NCBI GenBank assembly: GCA_035710925.1
Contig: DASTCR010000078.1
Location: 1 to 14,175 of the forward strand
Origin: Nitrososphaeraceae archaeon
GTDB taxonomy: Archaea; Thermoproteota; Nitrososphaeria; Nitrososphaerales; Nitrososphaeraceae
Reading direction: 5' to 3'
DNA: 14,175 bases
The first letter of the stretch is position 1, and each line of letters begins with the position of its first letter. Of the stretch, positions 1 through 5,912 are shown one piece after another. Under the pieces are notes generated by a model, which saw only the letters and a program-made list of their open reading frames with translations, did not search any database and was not told the origin of the DNA. The position numbers and the translations under genes were made by a program.

Positions 1-192
1 GCTAAATCCATTGAGGAATCTAACAATCAAATTAAAAGTGAATTATCTGCAATAAAATCGTCTAGTGTCTGGGCGGGAATTATTAGCGGCGCATTGGCAG
101 CCGGGATTGTTTCTGCAGTAGCAATTTTTGTATTGACAAGACTATATGGCGACAATAGAATAAAGCTAAGCGAAATGAGATTAAGGAGATAA
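1..192 (+). CDS. 3' end of a CDS truncated by the window edge; C-terminally anchored membrane protein of unknown function
   Basis: Frame 1 is open from base 1 to TAA at 190-192. It is absent from the ORF track because no start lies in the window. Translation is AKSIEESNNQIKSELSAIKSSSVWAGIISGALAAGIVSAVAIFVLTRLYGDNRIKLSEMRLRR: a polar segment, a ~22-residue hydrophobic helix, then a basic tail. Confidence 0.45.
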   Translation, partial: AKSIEESNNQIKSELSAIKSSSVWAGIISGALAAGIVSAVAIFVLTRLYGDNRIKLSEMRLRR

Positions 193-282
193 GACAACTG
201 AATTGTACATGCCTAAAACTAGATCGTAAAACTTTATTGGGACAAAGTCCTTGTGTTATGATGTCACACGGAGAAAACGTAG

Positions 283-295
283 CCTTTAATAAAGG
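283..295 (+). promoter_or_regulatory. Candidate archaeal TATA box for the first propeller gene
   Basis: CCTTTAATAAAGG is a 13-nt palindrome with an A/T core. It is centred ~30 nt upstream of ATG 319, the spacing expected for an archaeal TATA box with a very short or absent leader. Confidence 0.4.
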
Positions 296-318
296 GTGCA
301 AGACCACTCCTTGCCTTG

Positions 319-1590
319 ATGGAAATAAGGAAGGCATTTTCGTTATTACTTGCTTCGGTAGCGATTTCCCTTGCCACCAATGTCCTCTCAGTACATACCA
401 TAGGTATTCACACGGCTTATGCACAGGCAGCAATTAATGACCCAAATCTAAGAGCAGAATTAATTTCGAGTGGGATGTCTTTTCCTACCAGTATGGCATT
501 TTTGGATAATAACAATATTTTAGTATTGGAAAAAGAAGGAGCTGTTAGGCTCATAACAAATGGGGTTATGCAAGACTCTCCGGTTCTGCAGGTCACAACA
601 GATAGTAAGAACGAGAGAGGTTTGCTAGGCATTGCTATATCTGGAATTAACGGAAATGCTACATCCTCTACTGCTAGTGGTCAGCCATCAACAGTATTTC
701 TGTACTATACAGAACAAGGAGAAGAAGAACTGAGAAACAGGGTCTATAAATACCAATGGAACGGACAGTCGCTTGTAAATCCTGTATTGCTTTTAGACCT
801 GCCAGCAGGACCAGGCACTAATCACCAAGGTGGCAAAATGGTGGTGGGACCCGACGGTTATCTATATGTGGTGATAGGTGAATTACAGAGAGAAGGACAA
901 CTTCAAAATATTGAGAATGGACCTCCTCCTGATGATAGCGGAGTCATATTTCGAATAAATACTGAGGACGGTTCAGCGGCTCCTGATAATCCGTTTCAGG
1001 ATGATGCAACGAACCGGTATTTTGCATACGGTGTTAGAAATAGTTTTGGTCTTGCTTTTGACCCCGTGACAGGAGTACTGTGGGATACTGAAAATGGAGA
1101 AGACAGCTACGATGAAATCAATATAGTAGATCCCGGGTTTAACAGCGGTTGGAAGACTGTTATGGGCCCAATATCCAGGGCCGGAGTGTCAGAAGAAAGC
1201 CTCGTACAGATACCCGGTTCCCAGTATTATGATCCGATATTTAGCTGGATAGAGTCCTTTGGTATCACTGATATAGAGTTCTTCAACTCTGATAGCTTGG
1301 GACAAAAATATGCAAATAACATTTTTGCTGGAGATATAACGCAGGGAAATTTATACTTCTTTGAAGTAAACCAAGATAGAAATGGTTTGCAGTTTAATCC
1401 CCAAAGTCAGTCGGGTCTTTCCGACTTGGTAGCAGATACAGACGAGGAAGTGTCCTCTGTAACGCTGGGAACTGGATTTGTTGGGATAACCGATATAGAA
1501 ACCGGACCTGATGGCCTTCTATACGTTCTTACTCACGACCGAGAGACAGGCGAGGGGGATCTCTACAAAATAAGTTCAGCAGCGCAATAA
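319..1590 (+). CDS. Secreted beta-propeller, glucose/sorbosone dehydrogenase (sGDH, PQQ-dependent sugar dehydrogenase) family, divergent subtype (propeller P1)
   Basis: The ORF track gives 316..1590 from a TTG, and ATG follows immediately at 319. The N-terminal signal peptide is MEIRKAFSLLLASVAISLA...AYAQA. sGDH-family motifs seen by eye: ERGLLGIA, NHQGGKMVVGPDGYLYVVIGE, GVIFRIN..DGS.APDNPF, YGVRNSFGLAFDP, LWDTENG..SYDEINIVDPGFNSGW, GITDIETGPDGLLYVLT. Confidence 0.85.
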   Translation: MEIRKAFSLLLASVAISLATNVLSVHTIGIHTAYAQAAINDPNLRAELISSGMSFPTSMAFLDNNNILVLEKEGAVRLITNGVMQDSPVLQVTTDSKNERGLLGIAISGINGNATSSTASGQPSTVFLYYTEQGEEELRNRVYKYQWNGQSLVNPVLLLDLPAGPGTNHQGGKMVVGPDGYLYVVIGELQREGQLQNIENGPPPDDSGVIFRINTEDGSAAPDNPFQDDATNRYFAYGVRNSFGLAFDPVTGVLWDTENGEDSYDEINIVDPGFNSGWKTVMGPISRAGVSEESLVQIPGSQYYDPIFSWIESFGITDIEFFNSDSLGQKYANNIFAGDITQGNLYFFEVNQDRNGLQFNPQSQSGLSDLVADTDEEVSSVTLGTGFVGITDIETGPDGLLYVLTHDRETGEGDLYKISSAAQ

Positions 1591-1876
1591 AAAAGCAGAG
1601 TTTAAATTGGATTATTTGTCAGGGTTTGCTATGTTCAAAGACTACAAGTTTGGATAGAATATAGATAATGGCTAATATGCTCGCATGAATAGTTAATAGG
1701 TTAATATTTGCATGAAGAGCATTTTCACGCCGAAAGATAACCCCTTATGCAAAGAAAGTCAAGCAAACTATTCTATCTGGATGAGTATTTCGAGAAGATA
1801 ATGTCATTTTAAATATGGACCGAGATTTTTCTTTCGCTGAATCGAAGTACCGGGGGACGGTGATTTATTATACACG

Positions 1877-1900
1877 AAAAGCTCAAAAGCTGAATTCAGC
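1877..1900 (-). terminator. Candidate terminator for RTX-A: palindrome followed by T-runs
   Basis: On the minus strand, 27 nt after the stop at 1927, lies the perfect 12-nt palindrome GCTGAATTCAGC (1889-1900). TTTTGAGCTTTTCG follows it. Confidence 0.35.
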
Positions 1901-1926
1901 CAAAGGATTGTAGTTGTCCGGGCTAT

Positions 1927-2790
1927 CTACTCATTTACGATTTCACAATTACTTGAGATGAGATCGCCCTGCGCGTCATTATAATCAAGTACTGTATCTA
2001 CTCCATCCCCGCAATTGAATTGATCAGCATCAGAGCCACCCTCCATTATATCGTTCCCTGCGCCTCCAAAAAATTTGTCATTTCCTGTCCCTCCAAATAA
2101 GAAATTATCGCCATTTCCTGCAATGAGTATATCATTTCTTCCGCCCCCAAGTATGTGGTCATCGCCCGCACCTCCTTGAAGGATATCATCGCCAGATTCT
2201 CCTAACAGCTTATCATCGCCATCATTTCCGTATACTACATCATCTCCCTCTCTTCCCTCCACGTCATCATTTCCTGCCAGAGCAGTTATAATGTCTCTTC
2301 CATTTGAACCTCTTATCTCATCATCACAAATCGTTCCTGTTATAGTATTACCATCTTTTTTGATTTCGGGTTCTTCTGGTTCAACTGTATTGCTGACACA
2401 TCCAGCGGATGATGTTGATGATCCACTATTTTCGGATGCAGACAAAGGACGTTCCTCCTGAGTAGTAGCGTCTAATGAATTCTGCGTCGGAGTTTCCTCC
2501 TGGTCCTCTTCACCTTGGCTCCCTTCCTCCTGGTCCTCTTCACCTTGGCTCCCTTCCTCCTGGTCCCCCGTTTCCTCTTCCTCCTGGTTCCGCGTTTCCT
2601 CTTCAGCCTGATCCTCTTCCTCTTGTTTGTTGTCATTAGTACTATTGCAGAATGGAAAATCCGGACTCCCAATTTCGCATTCCTGGGCCTCAACCTGTAA
2701 AACGAAACTCATTAATACAAAACCAATTACAGTTAAAACACTAAGGAGCGACAGATCCAATAGCGCGATATTTACAATACTGAGTGACAT
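1927..2790 (-). CDS. Secreted RTX (hemolysin-type Ca-binding nonapeptide repeat) protein with acidic low-complexity linker (RTX-A)
   Basis: ATG start. Hydrophobic N-terminal signal (LLSVLTVIGFVLMSFVLQVEAQE). E/D/Q-rich linker at aa ~55-100. Eleven GGxGxDxUx nonapeptides in perfect 9-residue register at aa 161-259. C-terminal CGDGVDTVLDY...NCEIVNE. Confidence 0.88.
   Translation of the reverse strand: MSLSIVNIALLDLSLLSVLTVIGFVLMSFVLQVEAQECEIGSPDFPFCNSTNDNKQEEEDQAEEETRNQEEEETGDQEEGSQGEEDQEEGSQGEEDQEETPTQNSLDATTQEERPLSASENSGSSTSSAGCVSNTVEPEEPEIKKDGNTITGTICDDEIRGSNGRDIITALAGNDDVEGREGDDVVYGNDGDDKLLGESGDDILQGGAGDDHILGGGRNDILIAGNGDNFLFGGTGNDKFFGGAGNDIMEGGSDADQFNCGDGVDTVLDYNDAQGDLISSNCEIVNE
2014..2310 (-). 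repeat. Coding RTX nonapeptide array, 11 units of 27 nt
   Basis: Units are GSNGRDIIT ALAGNDDVE GREGDDVVY GNDGDDKLL GESGDDILQ GGAGDDHIL GGGRNDILI AGNGDNFLF GGTGNDKFF GGAGNDIME GGSDADQFN. Confidence 0.85.
2494..2566 (-). repeat. Perfect 30-bp tandem repeat (2.4 copies) inside the acidic linker of RTX-A
   Basis: The plus-strand unit TTCCTCCTGGTCCTCTTCACCTTGGCTCCC occurs at 2494-2523 and identically at 2524-2553. A 13-nt partial third copy follows. It encodes EEGSQGEEDQ twice. Confidence 0.9.
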
Positions 2791-2824
2791 ACCTTTTTTT
2801 CTGCTTTCATTTGAGTTACAATCA

Positions 2825-2834
2825 CTATATATGA
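2825..2834 (-). promoter_or_regulatory. Candidate TATA box for RTX-A
   Basis: The minus strand reads TCATATATAG, centred ~39 nt upstream of ATG 2790. The identical 10-mer sits upstream of propeller P2 at 4386-4395. Confidence 0.4.
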
Positions 2835-2986
2835 ATGATATGTCGTTGAGGCAAAAAATAGTAAATATAGATTTAGTCAGATTTTTGAGGGCATTACTAG
2901 ACGGAGGAACGTTAGAAAAACAAACCGCTAACGATTTACAACCGATGTCGAACCATCTATTGTGACTCTTTTCACATAAAGATAAT

Positions 2987-4366
2987 CTAAGATCTAGGGA
3001 GTATTCTAAAAATTTTCCCTTGCCCTATTGATACAATGTACAAGTACCCGTCCGGCCCGACTTCGAGGTCCGTGATCCCCCCGAACCCTTCTCCAAATAT
3101 GACACCATCGAGTTCAGCGGTCGTGTTTGCAATTTTATCCTCCAGGGAACCAGAGAGCTTCAGTTCTGTTCTATCACTATTCAGTTCAAAGTGATATAGC
3201 CGTCCATTGTGAACATCCGCTACGAAGATGTCATCCTTGTATTGTACTCCAAGCTTTTCGGAGTGAAAAAATTTTATGCTCGTAGGACCGACAGGATCTA
3301 TCCAAATAAACTCTGGAGTACTATAATTTCCTCTCCCGCCAAAATCCACTAGACCCCCCCAACGAATGGGGGAAAATATTTCCCAATCAGTTACATTAGA
3401 GCGAGGATTTACTCCATGTGACCAGATACCCTGAACAGGGGTATATCCGCTGTTAAATCCCGGTTCTACTAGGTTGATTTCATCAGCATATGCGGGTCCA
3501 TTTTCTGTGTCCCATAAATTGCCTGTTACTGGGTCAAAGTCTATGCCAAAAGAGTTTCTTAAGCCATAAGCATAGTAAAGGGCTAGAGGATAACTGTTAC
3601 CCAAAATACCCTTGTTCTGGATAGGTCTTCCATTCAGATCAACGGCGAGAATACCACTGCGGCCATCTATCATGCTCGAATTCAAATAATTTTGGGTTAA
3701 CGTTCTAACAAATTGACCACCTGGATTAAACGACCCATCTACATCACCTATGGTTACAAAAAGACTATTATTATCAGGCCCCAGCATGATGGCACCTCCA
3801 TTATGTCGTGGTCCAGGAAGAGCAGGCAAGTCCAAGATTAGTTTACCTTGGTGAAGAGTATCATTCAGTATTTCGTACCTATACACACGATTGCCAATAG
3901 CCTCCCCTCCATCCTCAAATATTGCTTCGCTAAAATAAAGAAAGACAAATTGGGGATCCCCATTATGCTTGGAAACGGCAATCCCGCACATGCACCTTTC
4001 AACCTCTGTAGCGACATTCACATCAATAGCTGGCTCCCTCATAATCTGGCCGTCTACAATCCTCTGTGCAGTTCCTTTATCCTTTTCTAATACCAACATA
4101 TCATCTGCATCTAGAAAAGCCATAGTCGTTGGAAGTTCCAGACCCTGAACAACTTCTTCTACCCTTAAATTTGGATCACGAACCGATGGCATAGTGTTAT
4201 CATCAGAAAAGCGCAAAGTAGGAGTGTAACCTATAGCATCTACCGTATAGATAATGTCAAATAGGACAAACACAATCGCAACAACCATGAACAACCTTGA
4301 ATTTTTGGAACAGTATACTTTTCCAACCAGACAGACATGTTTCTTTATCGACTGCAGTATTACCAC
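2987..4366 (-). CDS. Secreted or N-terminally anchored beta-propeller, sGDH family, paralog of 319..1590 (propeller P2)
   Basis: Shares with P1: DPNLRVEE, LPTTMAFLD..MLVLEK, RHNGGAIMLGPD, YGLRNSFGIDFDP, LWDTENG, DEINLVEPGFNSG, GITDLEVGPDGYLYIVS. The longest ORF starts at GTG 4366; an alternative ATG lies at 4288. Hydrophobic segment MVVAIVFVLFDIIYTV. The start is uncertain. Confidence 0.85.
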   Translation of the reverse strand: MVILQSIKKHVCLVGKVYCSKNSRLFMVVAIVFVLFDIIYTVDAIGYTPTLRFSDDNTMPSVRDPNLRVEEVVQGLELPTTMAFLDADDMLVLEKDKGTAQRIVDGQIMREPAIDVNVATEVERCMCGIAVSKHNGDPQFVFLYFSEAIFEDGGEAIGNRVYRYEILNDTLHQGKLILDLPALPGPRHNGGAIMLGPDNNSLFVTIGDVDGSFNPGGQFVRTLTQNYLNSSMIDGRSGILAVDLNGRPIQNKGILGNSYPLALYYAYGLRNSFGIDFDPVTGNLWDTENGPAYADEINLVEPGFNSGYTPVQGIWSHGVNPRSNVTDWEIFSPIRWGGLVDFGGRGNYSTPEFIWIDPVGPTSIKFFHSEKLGVQYKDDIFVADVHNGRLYHFELNSDRTELKLSGSLEDKIANTTAELDGVIFGEGFGGITDLEVGPDGYLYIVSIGQGKIFRILPRS

Positions 4367-4385
4367 AGTGGGTTAGTGTTAATTG

Positions 4386-4395
4386 CTATATATGA
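4386..4395 (-). promoter_or_regulatory. Candidate TATA box in the 92-bp divergent spacer between propeller P2 and RTX-B
   Basis: The minus strand reads TCATATATAG, centred ~24 nt upstream of GTG 4366, which is compatible with a leaderless transcript. The ATATAT core is palindromic and could in principle also serve the plus-strand gene. Confidence 0.4.
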
Positions 4396-4458
4396 CAGTA
4401 TAGAATTGATCAGCTTAGCACAAACAGAAAAATAGAGCATAATATGTAATGATGTCAC

Positions 4459-5097
4459 TTGAGTTTCTCTCTTCCTTACGCATACATACACACCGTCTGT
4501 TCAATATTGAAATTTCGAGTCTTTGTTTTCTACGTCTTACTTTTAACGTCTTTTGCTGTTGTGAGTCAATTAGAAATAGCAGTCTGGGCTGATAACGACG
4601 ACGAAAATCCTAACCCGCAGCAGCTAAGTGGGCTACGTCCATGTTCTATCCAGGAAAAAAACGTTCAAGGAAGGACCATAGTTGGAACCATACTAGCCGA
4701 TATATGCCAGGGGACTGATCGCAGCGAAACTGTGTTGGGGCTGCAAGATAATGATATTCTATCTGGTCATGGAGGCGATGACATATTAGAAGGCAATGAA
4801 GGGGATGACAAGGTACTTGGAAATGCCGGAGATGATGTATTACAAGGGAATGTAGGAGATGACAAGATAGATGGCGGAGGTCGAAATGACGTTCTAATCG
4901 GCGGCGAAGGAGATGATATTCTTTCAGGGGAAGACGGAGACGATATATTGTACGGCGTAATCGGCAACGATGTAATGAGGGGCGGTCCTGGAGCTAATGA
5001 GTTTATATGTGGAGATGGAGTTGACACCGTTTTAGATTATAAGCCATCCCAAGGTGACGTAATATCAAACGATTGTGAGATAGTCAACAGTCAATAG
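4459..5097 (+). CDS. Secreted RTX (hemolysin-type Ca-binding nonapeptide repeat) protein, paralog of 1927..2790 (RTX-B)
   Basis: No in-frame ATG lies near the 5' end; candidate starts are TTG 4459 and TTG 4507. TTG 4507 gives a textbook signal peptide, MKFRVFVFYVLLLTSFAVVSQLEIAVWA/DND. Eleven nonapeptides at aa 85-183 are in the same register as RTX-A, and unit 7 is GGGRND(I/V)LI in both. C-terminal CGDGVDTVLDY...DCEIVNSQ. Confidence 0.88.
   Translation: MSFSLPYAYIHTVCSILKFRVFVFYVLLLTSFAVVSQLEIAVWADNDDENPNPQQLSGLRPCSIQEKNVQGRTIVGTILADICQGTDRSETVLGLQDNDILSGHGGDDILEGNEGDDKVLGNAGDDVLQGNVGDDKIDGGGRNDVLIGGEGDDILSGEDGDDILYGVIGNDVMRGGPGANEFICGDGVDTVLDYKPSQGDVISNDCEIVNSQ
4711..5007 (+). repeat. Coding RTX nonapeptide array, 11 units of 27 nt
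   Basis: Units are GTDRSETVL GLQDNDILS GHGGDDILE GNEGDDKVL GNAGDDVLQ GNVGDDKID GGGRNDVLI GGEGDDILS GEDGDDILY GVIGNDVMR GGPGANEFI. Confidence 0.85.
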
Positions 5098-5282
5098 AAA
5101 GCGTCAAATACCAGATCCTAAGCGGGTTAGTGCGCACTCTATCTTATGGATGCAGAAAAATTCATGTCCTCCGGCCGTACGACTGCGAACCTCGGAACTC
5201 ATTAGCCTTACTATTATTATAAGATCTCATGTATGAGCAAAAAGACCAGTTAAATTGCATCCGACGTCTTTCAGTTATTCAT

Positions 5283-5313
5283 AATGTATTGCTACAATTG
5301 AAATACATTTTCT
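5283..5313. terminator. Candidate hairpin terminator between convergent genes RTX-B (+) and the 4-Cys protein (-)
   Basis: AATGTATT (5283-5290) and AATACATT (5302-5309) form an 8-bp inverted repeat with an 11-nt loop. TTCT follows on the plus strand. The hairpin lies 40-65 nt downstream of the minus-strand stop at 5348. Confidence 0.3.
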
Positions 5314-5347
5314 ATCATCTTCAATTTCAAAAGCTGCTCCCTTTTAC

Positions 5348-5650
5348 CTACCCAGCCGTTCTAGACCTGAAGTAATGATTAACCTTATCATTTTTACATG
5401 CATCTAAGCTATTGTCAGAGGCTCTACAGCTATTTTCCACTATCTCTCGAAGCTGCTGATCACATTCAGGGATTCCGGCTGGCAATGATTCTATGCAAAA
5501 GTCAACTATTCTATTAAGCTCAGCATTAATATCTTGTTCCTGGACTCTGTTCGGTGGAGTTCCAGTAAATAGTGAGGAGGCCCCTGCAGCAACAGATGAA
5601 GCCAGTACCACCATCAACACTATTACAATGATCTTTTTAGATGCTATCAA
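5348..5650 (-). CDS. Small secreted 4-cysteine protein, function unknown
   Basis: A TTG start gives the signal peptide MIASKKIIVIVLMVVLASSVAAGASS. The mature part has the pattern C-x11-C-x12-C-x9-C (DFCIESLPAGIPECDQQLREIVENSCRASDNSLDACKND). I recognise no family. Confidence 0.6.
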   Translation of the reverse strand: MIASKKIIVIVLMVVLASSVAAGASSLFTGTPPNRVQEQDINAELNRIVDFCIESLPAGIPECDQQLREIVENSCRASDNSLDACKNDKVNHYFRSRTAG

Positions 5651-5912
5651 TGGTTATATTAACGAGCATAGCAGGATTTTTAATGTTAGCGACTATTTTC
5701 AGCTGATAGTGACTAGCAAATCTTCGCAGATAACCCTTGTATAAGTTGGTCAATCTGTTTGCTGATGTACCTTCAAGTGCAAACAATATTTCTTGCATCC
5801 GTTACATTATTCTTGTCTTTATGGCCAGGCCCTGCGCTCGTCATTAGGGTCGATAACAAAAATTGATAACCAAACTATATTTTACTATACTATATTCATC
5901 GAGAGAATATCC

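Noticed and set aside
83-437. ORFs 83..433(-) and 237..437(+) from the track
   Set aside because: They overlap the 3' end of the truncated first gene, the P1 promoter and the P1 signal-peptide region. Their products have no recognisable motifs and an odd composition. They are best explained as chance ORFs.
2472-2700. Highly basic repeat ORF 2472..2693(-) (KRKRGTRRK...) and ORF 2515..2700(+)
   Set aside because: Both are alternative-frame or antisense readings of the GAA/GAG-rich acidic repeat of RTX-A. The periodic Lys/Arg pattern is an automatic by-product of that repeat, not evidence for an overlapping gene.
2627-2965. 112-aa ORF on the plus strand, including a 44-aa part (ATG 2831, MNDMSLRQKIVNIDLVRFLRALLDGG...) lying in the P2/RTX-A spacer
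   Set aside because: The 5' half is antisense to the RTX-A signal peptide, and the rest overlaps the RTX-A promoter. There are no family motifs or start context. The amphipathic-looking 44-aa part cannot be supported from sequence alone.
4767-5027. Ser/Pro-rich ORF 4767..5027(-)
   Set aside because: It is the antisense reading of the RTX-B GGxGxD repeats, where GGN/GAY codons read backwards give S/P-rich sequence. It is a shadow ORF.
1927-5097. RTX proteins as substrates of a type I secretion system or as hemolysin-type toxins
   Set aside because: There are no ABC transporter, MFP or acyltransferase genes in the window. The context is archaeal, and both proteins have N-terminal signal peptides. 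The name hemolysin-type refers only to the repeat.
5129-5138. Short perfect palindromes: AGTGCGCACT (5129-5138), and AATGCA-CT-TGCATT (13536-13549) upstream of NMNAT
   Set aside because: Palindromes of 10-14 nt are expected by chance in 14 kb. They have no repeated partner sites and no obvious positional logic. They are noted only as possible operator sites.
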